The notes under the pieces are model-generated. The model did not search any database. It worked only from the letters and a program-made list of their open reading frames with translations, and had not been told where the DNA came from. Made by a program: the position numbers and the translations under genes. Positions 15,286 to 28,300 of a DNA stretch of 64,000 nt are shown here, piece by piece (within the stretch, counting starts at the first letter, position 1; each line of letters starts with the position of its first letter). This stretch comes from Paragordius varius (Eukaryota > Animalia > Nematomorpha): the NCBI GenBank assembly GCA_964247055.1, contig OZ176056.1, forward strand, positions 5,952,001 through 6,016,000, read 5' to 3'.

Positions 15286-16549
15286 TTAAAAACTTTTTTC
15301 TAAAAATGTATGTTATAAACCGTGTGTAGCAACTCGATGAATAGGGATTGATAGGGTATGCAACATAAATCCAATGAATGAAAAGACAACGAGACCAGCA
15401 TACACGGAGGTAAAACAATTAACTAGTGGGATGATAAAGCTATCTCTATATAAAATATATATTTGTTTTCACCATATTAAATAAATTTATTTTTAAAGGT
15501 TACTGAAAATATATATGCCTCATATTCACTCTTAAACAATTTATATTCACCCTAAAAATTAATTTTGTTTTTGGGCTAACATGACTCATATTAGCCATAG
15601 TCTATTATTTTCCATTTTTAAAATCCTAAATTCAAATAGTTTTTATAATTGAAAAACACCAATATTCAGGGTTACATAATAAATTTTTAAGGGTAAATTT
15701 AAGCTGTTATAATTATCTAACATTGTTATATCAAAAGTACCGGCAATCGACTATGTAATTTTATTATTAAAACTCCTATATAATTAAGGTTATTATTTTT
15801 TAATTTTTATTTGGGTTTTAATAAACTCTAAGCCTAAAAAATTAGATATAACTCATATGAGCCCATCGAGATTATGATATACCAATAAAATATATGATGC
15901 AGACAATGTATCAGAAATATTTAGATGTTTGTTTTAGATTTTACGAATGGTATAAACATATCACTTGACTTTAATAAAATTTATGATGTGGTCGTCGAAA
16001 GTCTTAAATTATGGATCCTCCCAAAAACTGCACTAAACGCGAAAATGTTATTGTACTGTCAATATTATTAAAATGTGCCAAACTTACATTAAAAGAGTTT
16101 TCCATAGAAATATATATTTCACTTGAAAATTATTTAGAACAAATTTTGGTGCAAAGCGTTTTTCCGTATTTCAGAGTATGGTGGAAATTGTATACATTTT
16201 AAAATTTTATATAATCCGATAATATTGACCTAGCTCAAATATTGGATATAAAAATGAGGTTTAGCTTTAAATTGAAAATAATATTTTACCCAACTAGAAT
16301 AATCATAATTTAATAAAAACACATACTCACCAAGAGGGAAAGGTATGGTAAATTTACCCTATTCAATATGTATTTTTACCATAAATATTGAAATTTCGTT
16401 TACATATATTAGTATACTTTTAAATCACTTATTATCTCCTTCCCCCTCTATTCTCGTTATATTAATCTATCAATCCTAAACTATCACATTTTTGCATATT
16501 CGAATTTGGTTCGTTTAAACGTTAAAATCAAGGAATTCGAATATAAAAT

Positions 16550-17376
16550 TTGCCACCTGGAATTTTAGATGTTCTAATAATAACAATAAAATGGATTATA
16601 ATCGAAATGATAAAATACAACATCGACATACTAGGTGCATCTGAAACACATATTATAATGAACAAATTAACAAATTTATCCGACATCTACAATCCTATTA
16701 ACAAACATATGATATCAATACATATTCAATCTACACCCTAGACCATAACATCTTCCACAGGAGGTAAAGGACTAGGAACTAAAAAGGACAGAGGCGATCG
16801 ATTATCAACTTTTGTCATCAGAATTTTATAGCAAACACCTTCATTAATCAACCCAAAAAATGACTTTAGACATGGCGTTCACCGTGCCAAAAATACCTTA
16901 TACAAATTAATTATATAATTGGTATGAATAAATATAAAAATTTATTCCAAAACGTTAAATGTTATATTTGCTTTTGATTGCTACAGTCATATGCTAAATT
17001 GATTAAGCTCCAATTACACAAGAAGGCTAAAACATTGCGTAAAAAACTTGATTATAAAACTATCGTAATAATTTTAACATTAACATAATCTTTTTAATAG
17101 TCTAGACTACCCAAAAAATTGTTACATTGATTATGATAATTCAATACACACAATCTGGAAATATACAGCCGATTTATATCGCCTTACAAACCATCCAAAC
17201 ATAAAACTATCAGCCAATAATCTTGCCATAGCTGAAGAACGCAGATTAGCAAAAGTAAAAGGGAATTGGGGTTATTATAAAAGTTTAAACAGCAATTATC
17301 AAAATAGCATAAGGGATAAAAACAATCACCAGAAAAGCTATCCGAAGCCAAAAACAATCAAAACTTTTTTGCCCGA
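16550..17376 (+). mobile_element. RTE-type LINE remnant, 5' part (interrupted by Gypsy element 2)
   Basis: Endonuclease N-terminal remnant (KYNIDILGASETH); appears to continue after 23934. Confidence 0.5.
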
Positions 17377-20300
17377 ATATAAGTTAGATCCTACTCTCGT
17401 AGACACAAACGCACTTATAGTGTAAACACTCATAATTCTTTGTGATCTAGTTATTTAATTGTAGCTTCAAAATATTTAGTATATAATTCTTGTATTATAA
17501 TATCACACTAACATGTTTGATTTTGGTATTTTATAAATGTTTTCTTTGTAATAAAACTTTTCATCTATTATTGGGGCGTCGATGAACCTGGCGAAAATTT
17601 CTCTGAAAAACTGTAAAGAAAAAAAAAATTGGACCAATAATTTTACATTCAGCAAATGCTAGCTGCAAAAAACATGACGGCAAGAAACAATTGCAAAATT
17701 CCTTTTCCTAAATTCGCATGATAATACCTCCTGACCGGATATCATTGAAGCCGGCAGGAAATTTTACGAATTGAATAAGACAAATATATTCCGGATTTTA
17801 ATTGTCAAGGCTGGAATCACATCCAACCGTACTGTAAGAAACAAATGATGAGCCATCTCCGGCATGTCGAATCTGGATCCACCCCCAAGATAACAATAAT
17901 AATAAATGGCAAGACAATACGCATGATTATAGACACAGGTTCAAGCGTATCTATAAATTGATCAAGCGTGGAAAATATTGGGGACCCCGAGTTGCAACGA
18001 AGAGGTTGAGATTTATATAGCTATGGTACACAAACATTAAATTTCAAGGATAGTTGTATGGCGTGGGTACAATGCGATGGTCAAACAAAATCTTGGCGTG
18101 TATGGTTGTAAGCGGCAAGAAGGCTCCAGCAATTCTTGGTTAGGATTGGCTGCAAGAATTTCCTTTGGATGATAGGAAACTGATGTTAGATGTTTAATGT
18201 TTCCCCTTTCCATGAATATTTAACCTCCTTAGATGTAAAGTAAGACGCGTTGTTGGTAACTATCATTCTTGGAGATCCATATCGACTGAAACATTCGTCG
18301 AAGAAATTTAAGATATTTTTGGTCGATATCATTTTCGATAGTTTAACTTCGACCCATCAAGAATAACTCTCAATAAGAGCTATTTAATAATAATTGATCG
18401 GGCCTGCATATCTAGACGTAACCTCTCCCATAATGCTATAATAATACTCCAATTGTATGTGGAATTTAGTTTTCACATCTGACGGTTTTCTTGACACTTT
18501 TTACACGTATATACCCACTTTTTTATGTCGCTTTCCATATTGTGCCAAAAGACTATTTGTTTTGCTTGTTCGTACATTGCTTTGTACCCGAGGTGTTTGT
18601 CGTGTAATAAAATTTATTTTTTAAGATTCCTGAATTATTAATCTGCCAATATAATAATCCGTATGTATTCTCAATTTCATTTCTAAAACTCTGGAATGGA
18701 TGATTAGACCAGTTGTTTGTTTTTAGTGCCCGTATTTAATAGAGTGTCGGTTTCGGTCTGGCTTCTAATATGGTCACGATTTATATTGAATAATTAAGTA
18801 TTGACAAATTTTACATGTTCTTCTGTTTGAAGGCTTTCTCTGTCTAGTTGGTGTGGTTCTGTCGGCATGCGGGACAAAGTTCAATGTTTTGGTGGTTTAA
18901 ATGTACCGTAGATGGTAATTAAATTCGTTAGCTTTATATACATAGTGGCTTGGAATAATTTATTTCGTCGAGTTTACGATTATTTCCAAACAGCTATCTA
19001 TATTAGAGGGTTGTGATCAGTAGACAGTTCAAACTTCTTTCCCGTAATAAACGTTCAAAACAAAAACTAAATATATGGCTTGTGAATCCTTTTCTATTTT
19101 CTTCGGCTTATGATTACTTTCTAGCGGAATAGGCAATGATATTTATGCCCTGCGTGGTTTGTAGTAACACTTCTCCGTACCCTTTATTCAAGGCGTCTGT
19201 TTTGATTATAAGTATCTCAGGGTTGAACGATATTAGTTTAAGAGTATGGCATATTGAATTTTTGGCTTTGTTAAAACAGCCCTCGTGGTTTTTGGTCTAA
19301 ATGCAGGGTTTTTATAACAGAGGTCGTGAAGTATAGCCAAACATTCATGAAATTTCTGGATGAATTGTGTGTAAAAATATATTAACCCTAACAAGGACTT
19401 GAGTGTTGTTTTGTCGGTGGGTCTTGGGAAGTCTTGTATGGCTTTAACTCTACCGGCAGGATATGACGTTTTTTGATATAACATAAGCTTACAGACGGTT
19501 TAAAAAGTTTTAGTTTGTTTTTACTTAATTTCTAACCAGATTCGTCCCGCTTAAATACAGTTTCTTTTATGCTCGTTTCGGTTTTTCCTGTTAGTAAATA
19601 TCGTCTTGTTCCTGGGCAGTTACCTAAAATATTATCTATTAATCTTTGAAAAATGAGGGGGCGCTTGTTAGGCTAAAAGGTAACCTTTTATATGTAAAAT
19701 AACCTAGGGGTGTGGTAATTGTTAGTAAACTTTCTTGTGGCGATTGCAGATATGCGTCTTCAAATCGATTACTAATCATATTTCCGAAACGAAGTCGTCA
19801 AATGTCGGTATATTATGACTGTCATCTACTAGATGTGGATTTATTGTAACATGATAATCCGCACAGAACCTTAATGCACCATTCGCTTTTGTTATACAAA
19901 CAATAGGGGTAGCTCAGGTTAATTTCTCAATCATAGGGTCTGGTGTGATTATGTTTGTTTCTAAAAGTCTTATAATTTCAGAGTCGACTTTTTCTTTTAA
20001 TGGTATAGGGATCCGGCGACACTAAAAAATTTTTGGTTTTGTATTTTTTTTAAAAAAAAAGTTTGATAGTTCCAGTGAAACACTTTAACTTTTCACAAAA
20101 ATGTGAATTAAGTTTTATAAATTTTTATTTAAAAATTTTTCATTATCTCCTATATTAAATTATAAGCGATCATCCAGAAAGAATGAGTTGTCTCCCCGTT
20201 TATCCAGCCTTAATTTACGCATGCATATTAAAAAAAGTAAAACTACCATGAGTTTTGGTTTATTCTATTGTGGAGAACTTTCACATTACAAGGAGTTTAG

Positions 20301-23300
20301 CCTATATCGCATTTAGAATACTTTTAACCGTTACTTCCAAGATCTATGTTAATTGTTTGTTAAGACATGCATTTTAAATCACTTTGATCAACAGGCACAT
20401 CCACAAGTTCAATCTTCCTCACATGAGGATACATTGATGAAACGAAACGGCATTTAGCAACATAAAAAAAATTCTTCAACAATGCCCTTAACACCTGATG
20501 ATGATTCGAAATTGCTTTTATCACGGAAACTAATGATGCTATCAGCAACGCAGAACTTAAGGATTCTTGCGATGAACTTGAAGAAAAGGCCGTGGCTTAT
20601 TCGCCAAATGGTCGATATATGAAATTCGACGCCTTGGAAGGAATTGTAATTGAGAAACAGCGTTTGATTTAACTGGTTCGGTAATGGGAGTTGAATTTAC
20701 CACAATAAATGGCCAGATATTCCACACTACAGCTTGGAAATACCAAAACAAGTGTCTGTTCTTCGGATAATGTCATACACCCAACAGATATTTGGCTTGA
20801 TGCAAACAATGTTATAAGTGCCAAAGCTAGATTCACATCTAACCGTGCTGTAAGAAGCAAATTAGCAATGTTCAGTAAGTCGAATCTAGATCCACCGCCA
20901 AGATAACAATAATAAATGGCAAGCCAATACATGATTATATAGACACAGGTTCAGGCGTCACCATAATTGATGATCAAGCGTGAAAAAAATCGGGAGCCCG
21001 AGTTGCAACAAACAAGACCAGATTTGTATAGCTATGGGCAAATAAACACAAGGTAGGCATATGGCTAGGGTACAATGCGATGGTGAAACAAAATCTTTGA
21101 CGTGTATGGTTGTAAGCGGCAAAAAGCTAACAATTCTTGGTTGGGATTGGCTACAAGAATTCTTGAATGATCTAAAACAGTTGACAAATTGTCGTAAATG
21201 TTTTAATAATAATATACTTAAGGAAAATTCACTTGTTAATAAATTTTTTTTGTTTATTGTGAAAAGTCAAAAACCCCTATCATTTAAAAAAAACTATCAA
21301 AACCAAAAAATTTTAAGTGTCTCCGCCTCACGATATCGTTAAAAGAAAAATCGATTCTGAAATTAAGAGACTTTTATAATCGGACATAATCTACTGAGAA
21401 TCGAACCAGGGCCATCCCTATTGTTTATATAACAAAAGCGAATGGTGCCTTAAGGTTCTGTGAAGATTATCGTGTTACAATAAATCCACATCTAGTAGTT
21501 GACAGTCATAATATACCGACATTTAACGATTTGGTTTCGAAAATAGGATTAGATTATTTTCTTCGATTTGAGAACACCCCTAGGCTACTTTACATATAAA
21601 AGGTTTCCTTTTAGCCTAACAAGAGCCCCCTCATTTTTCAAAGATTAATAGATAATATTTTAGGTAACTGCCCAGGAACAGTGTATTTAGACGATATTTA
21701 CTAACAGGAAAAACCGAAACGAACATAAAAGAAACTTAAAAAAGTTATTTAAGCGGGACGAATCTGGTTAGAAATTAAGTAAAAACAAACCAAAACTTTT
21801 TAAACCGTCTGTAAGCTTATGTTATATTAAAAAACATATCCTCAGCTGCCGGTAGAGTTAAAGCCATACAAGACTTCCCAAGACCCACCGACAAAACAAC
21901 ACTCAAGTCCTTGTTAGGGTTAATAAATTTTGACACACAATTCCTCCAGAAATTGCATGAATGTTTGGCTATACTTCACGACCTAAGCTGTTATAAAAAC
22001 CCTGCATTTAGACCAAAAACCACGAGGGCTGTTTTAACAAAGCCAAAAATTCAATATGCCATACTCTTAAACTAATATCGTTCAACCCTGAGATACTTAT
22101 AATCGAAACAGACGCCTTGAATAAAGGGTACGGAGAAGTGTTACTGCAAACCACGCAGGAGGGCATAAATAACATTGCCTACTCCGCTAGAAAGTAATCA
22201 TAAGCCGAAGAAGATAGAAAAGGATTCACAAGCCATACATTTAGTTTTTGTTTTGAACGTTTATTACGGGAAAGAAGTTTGAACTGTCTACTGATCACAA
22301 CCCTCTAATATAGATAGCTGTTTGGAAATAATCGTAAACTCGATGAAATAAATTATTCCAAGCTACTATGTATATAAAGCTAACGAATTTAATTACCTCT
22401 ACAGTACATAATAAGCCATCAAAACATTAGAGATGCATTGACCCCCCTACCGACAGAACCACACCAACCAGACAGAAAAAGCCTTTAAACAGCAGAACAT
22501 GTAAAATTTGTCAATAGTAATTTATTCAATATAAATCGTGACCATATAAGAAGCCAGACCGAAACCGATACTGTATTAAAATGAGGGCACTAAGAACAAA
22601 CAACTGGTCCAATAAAATAATACATCCATTCCGGAGTTTTAGAAATGAATTTGAGCATACATACCGGTTATTTATTGGCAATAGATTATTTCACGAATCT
22701 AAAAAATATATATCATACAATTATTACACGTCGGACACCCCGGGTCCTAAGCAATGTACGAACAAGTATTTGGCACAACATGAGCGACATAAAAAAGTGG
22801 GTAGATACGTGTACAAAATTGTCAAGAAAACCGTCTGATACGGAAACAGAATTCTAGATACAATTGGAACACTAATGCAGCCATATGGGAGAGATTACAT
22901 CTAGACATAGCATGCCCCAGAGGCGATTATTATAGTTCTTATTGACAGTTTTTCTCGATGGGTCGAAGTTAAACTATTGAAAACTATCGACCAAAAATAT
23001 CTTAAACTTCTTAGATGAATGTTTTAGTCGATAATTTAAGATAGTTACCGACAACGCGTTTTACTTTACATCTGAAAAAAAATCATCGCAACGGAAAACA
23101 TTAAACTTGTAACATCAGTTCCCTATTATTTAAAAACGAACGTATTGGTGGAACGAGTATATACCTTTAAAACGCATTATCGATCAGCAGAAGAAGGTGA
23201 CTCACAATCAAAGATAAACACGCGTTGGGGATACCGCTTTAACATACACCGTGCTACAAATACATGTCCCACTCCTCTTTTCCTAAAACGTACCCCACCC

Positions 23301-23934
23301 AATCCAATCACATGGCTACAATATCAAACAAACTTCCTAGACGATGTACAACCGAATCACGAATACCATGCAAATAAAAAAGTATACATAAATGAACTAG
23401 CGAACGGTTGGCGAGAAGGGATTGTAAATAAACGACTCGGACTATCATATGAAATAAGAGATGATGACAAAATCATCCGAAAACACCCCGATCAACTGAG
23501 ACCAAGGGAAGGAGGTGAAAGAATAATGGGAAAGCCAATTTCGCCCAAAAACTCCACCATCGCATGACCTATATGTTAGGTACTGCCACGACCGAAGCCC
23601 CGACATTATCTCCGCCCCAACCCTCACCCATCTGAGTTGTCATCTCAACAAACACCCACTATTGCACCTATCACTGACACTCACACAGAACGGTATACCC
23701 TACACGAATCCGACAACCACTAGATAGATATCAAGGACAGAAAAAGAGTGATGTTAAGTTAAATCCTAATGTCGTAGACAGCACCTATATAATTGTAAAC
23801 ACTTATAACTCTTTGTGATATATTATTAATTGTAGCTTTAAACAAATAGTATATAATTCTTGTATTAATATCACAGACACATGTTTGATTATGTTTAATA
23901 AATGTTTTTTTTGTAACAAACTTTAATTCTATTA
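17377..23934 (+). mobile_element. Rearranged composite Ty3/Gypsy element 2 (same family as element 1)
   Basis: 5' LTR ~17377-17570 plus PBS-like TGGGGCGTCG; gag/PR forward to ~18163; inverted RT-RH-IN ~18164-20140; non-Gypsy spacer ~20140-20700; second forward gag-PR-RT-RH-IN 20700-23750; 3' LTR 23752-23934. Confidence 0.88.
20562..20630 (+). pseudogene. WNK-family kinase gene fragment
   Basis: Translates DSCDELEEKAVAYSPNGRYMKFD, matching the conserved WNK segment just before kinase subdomain I (e.g. ELETKAVGMSNDGRFLKFD). The expected IEIGRGSFK continuation is absent. Short match, recognised by eye. Confidence 0.65.
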
Positions 23935-25350
23935 CTATACAAAACAAAAATCATAATTACCTCGGCCTCATTAGAAACGCTGATAATTATTTTGTTGCGG
24001 ATAAAGCCAAAATCTTAATTTGGCACGATCACATAACGAACCTCTATGAAACAAAAAACACTAAAATTTTTAATGAAAGCACCCAATAAAAAAATCCTCT
24101 TTTGAAAGAAGAAATGGAATGGGCTGTAAAACGTTTGGCCACTTTTAAAGCAGAACAAGGATGTCAGCCAAATACTCTACATTTTTTTCAAAACGTCTTT
24201 TGTTCGAAAATTCTGAGTGGGGTAAATATACCAATTCTATAAAAGGAAATAACAAAATATGTAACAATTAGATCAAATGATTAAAATTTTCTTAATCTAT
24301 CAAAAACGCCTTCAATCTATATCCAGAAATATCAACTACTCAAGCTGGTTTACGAAATGGGCGAGGATGTAGAGATATGATAGCCCATATGAGATGGATA
24401 ATGGCGAAACACATACAATTGAATAAGAAAATCCATATGTGTTGGCGTTTTTTCCAAAGCTTTTAATTCCATCCAACATAATCATTTACAAGCTTACAAC
24501 AGCTATACGTTTCAACTCTAATTAACATATTATCTCGATTTCCTCAAATATGACTGCTATGGTTTTCACAAATTTATGGGGTAACTGATCCCTGCATGGT
24601 AAATTTGGGATTACGTCAGGGCGTTCAAAACTTATTCCGTTCAACGCATATCTCGAATGCATAATGAAAAACTTACCCGATGTTAAAGGATCTGATCTAA
24701 TATCTATTCAGTATGTCGACGATACGGCTATCTTTCTCAGACAACCCAAAATCATTGACTCTCATATTGATCAAAAGTATGACAGATCAATCTTTCAAAA
24801 ACAATGTATGTAGATTAACCAAAAGTTTCATACACTACAATAATCAACGGAAGCTTTATTGAAACAGTCAAAAGTTACACCTAACTTGGGAGCTAAAAAT
24901 AAATCTTCTGATAAAACGAATGATAGCCATGACCAAAAGGGTTGCAAAAAATTATAACAAAATCTGGGCATCCAATAAGGTCAGATTAAAAACGAAAATT
25001 CGACTTATTACCAATGCCATCGCATAACTTTCCTCTGCGGGTGTGATCCGACAAAAGGATAATATATTCTTTTGAAATGTGAATGTGGAGAAAACCTTTA
25101 ATAAAATGGACGGATAAAATTACTAACAATGCAATTTCGAATATAATCAGTCCCTACAGGCCATTGGGAATGTCCTTACGCACCAAACTGTTCTACTTTG
25201 GCCACTGAGATCTAATTCACTGGAAAAATCCATGATGTTGGGTAATTAGAGGTACGCGCAAAAGGGGCCGAAGAAGGATAAGGTGAATGGACAATATTTA
25301 TAAGAAACCCACCCCAACGTTGGCTGAACACAACATTAAAATTAAAAACC
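23935..25350 (+). mobile_element. RTE-type LINE remnant, 3' part
   Basis: KIL.WHDHITNLY, QAGLRNGRGCRD, G.RQG, YVDDT and C-terminal KGPK.G...W remnants. Confidence 0.75.
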
Positions 25351-28300
25351 TTAATATATGAAATTTTACATAGTCGAGACTGTAGCATACACGCACCTAT
25401 TTGCAGACAAAGACATCGTTAATCAAATCTTAAATATAAAAATCAGCATTCATATGTGATATAAAATTTAAAGTAATAAATATTGTTGCCACCACGCTTT
25501 AGGACAATATCGTGTGCATTGTGTTGAATATTAGATTTAAAACAAATTAAACACAAACAAAAACTTATGATAAAGATTTGAAAAATAATATATGCCCTAA
25601 ACAATTTGTTCGAAATTTATTGTAACTTGCCATGGTTATAATGCCACTCCATCCAGGTCCTAATGAATAAAAAATTTGAGTTGCTGCTTCATTCCATATC
25701 TATATTATAGAATTTACATCGTCATTGTTTCAATTAAAAAAGTCATTTTTTAAACCATGGTTGTCCATCATAAATGGCTTTCCAGACCACATTTTCTTAA
25801 AAAATTTGGCAGACCGCATATGGGCATTTTAAAAAAAATTATTAGAAAATTAAAACCCTATTTAGAATTTAAAACCTCAAAAATGAATAAATCAATTAAA
25901 ATGTTTTAGCAATATTAATATTGAGAGTTTTATAACATATTTTTTCAAATTATGGGTTTCGGATTGTTATAGTTCTCTGTTTTTCCCATGTTATAAATTA
26001 GTGGTACCCGCCGTCCTTAGGTGCTTTTATATGACTCTGGAAATATTTATTAGTTATTTATTGATGTATATGTATTTTGATTATAAGTTTGTACAAATGT
26101 GTCAAACAGTTTAGAAATCGGTATTATAGGCTGTTACAGTAAAAACTGAAATTATACGATATAAACGTAAAAATATAAAGAATATTTTCTAAAAGATCAC
26201 CATACTTTTTTAATCTTGATTTATCTTAAAATAACCCTTAAATATAATTGTTTTAAATAGCAAAGTATCAAAAAATATTTATAACACAAGTTATATAGTT
26301 TACAATCGTATCTAAAAAGCTTATATGATAAATATGGTAAAAAAGTATGGTTGTCTTTTAGATGTCTTCTATTTAACATTTGTCCGTATGATTCCAGTTT
26401 TTACTGTAAATAATTTTGCAGCCCTTTTAATTTTTTGGTGATATCTGTGTTATAAAATATGGTTTTTAAAACTGATAGAGAGTTTGTCACTGGGATCATT
26501 AATTTGATTAAAATTGGGTAAAAAGGCATTTTTATAATAGAAATAGGTTGAAAGCTGATGGTAGTACCTATGCTTCTAACATAAATTTGATTTTATAATA
26601 GGGTAAATTTTTTTGTGGCATGTAATCGAGGTTGAAGTATAACTTATAACCCTATGAATTATTTGATGACAAATAAATTAAAACCAATAGAGATTGAAAA
26701 GTATTTAAACAATCACTACATCATAATATAATAACAAAATGCCTAACCCAACGCTTATAAGAATTAACAAAATATATAGACTGACTAGAAATGAACTTTT
26801 ACGTTAGGCAATAACGAGATTTTAGGGGTCTAAACTGCAACTAAAATTTTATATATACCCTAACATGTTTAAGTTTACTCCATTCAGGTTTTAGGAAAAA
26901 CATTACGCCATCTCTTGCACCAGGTAGTTGGAGGACCCGAATCATAAAAACCGTTAGTATTAGATAAGGTAATGTAGCGGTCACATAAACTATCTATGAT
27001 CATAATTTATTCCTGTAAACATTAATCTCACATATGTAATGTAAATCATAACGATAGTAATACTAAATAAAGTTATTAACATTTTAATACTTTACCAAAC
27101 CGTTTGAAATGATAAAATATCATATCATCATAATAAGATAAAAGAAAAAGATTAATGAATATAGTGTTAATTAATAAAGGGTAAATATTAAAAAATATTC
27201 AAACATATGACAATATAGAGAAAATTAGATATATTCATATAAAATATTGGTATTAAAATAAGGAGGACGAAGTTAAGCCATTACAGTATACATTTTAATG
27301 GTTGCTTATTTCACACTATAGTTAGGCATACCAATACAGAGGGTTATGCAACCTAGAATCGAGTGTTTTTATATAGCTCGCCAAAAAAATTTTATAAAAA
27401 TTTTAAAATTAGATTAAATTAACGTTTAACCATAAGCGTTTTGGTCGGTTAATAATGACAATTCCAGAAAATATAACATTTATTAATTTCATTTACCTTT
27501 ATATTCAGATAAAAACATGCTTAAATCGATAACTATGTTTAACTATTATTAAAAATCTAAATCTTTGATGTATGGCTATAATCTTTTATTTTAAAAAAAT
27601 GAATATACCTTATGGGAAAAGGAAAAGAATCAACAGGGGGTAAGACAAAAATTAAAGGAAATTTTTATCAATATAGGATAATACAACTATCATAAGATAT
27701 AATAATACTGTAAAAACCAAATATACATTTAAATTATTTTTTAATAGTTTCGTATATGGTGAGTGATTTGACAAAATATATAAAATATATTTTATTTTTC
27801 CGCTAGTTTTAATACCACGCATGACACATAAATAAGTTATGATCCAAGCTAAAATAAAGCAACCCAACAGTCGCACGTTGAAAGAGCACATTTGATGCAA
27901 TCCCAATGTAATTTGAAATACCCGATAACTATTTAAATGCCATATCCGGATATATTAAAAAATAATTTATATAATGATATCTAATATTTAACCTGATAAA
28001 AATTAGTTAAATTAGATTAAAATTACGGTGCATTATAAAAAATCGCTTGATATATTATGTAATAATAGTTAACCTAATAGTTTTACCTACCTCCAAAATT
28101 CGAAAGCAGGCGAGGAATATCGGCAAATACAATTCTTCATTTTTGTTGAATAGTGATGTGTTAATGAAAAGAGATTTATTTTTTCCAAAAAAATTATCCT
28201 GGCTATAGTTTGTATTAATCGTGGATATGCTCATATTCTAAGTATATAGGTAAGTAATTACTTGAGTGAACACTACATGAGAGTACAGCAAATAAAAAAA

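Noticed and set aside
15321-15445. Suspected frameshift in paralog B exon 8 (suggested by ORF 15227-15418)
   Set aside because: Base-by-base reading gives an open 125-nt exon ([17 protein letters not shown]...SIPIHRVATH); the listed ORF is a different frame.
23145-23567. 140-aa ORF as a host gene
   Set aside because: It is the integrase C-terminal region of the degenerate Gypsy element, homologous to 13480-13740.
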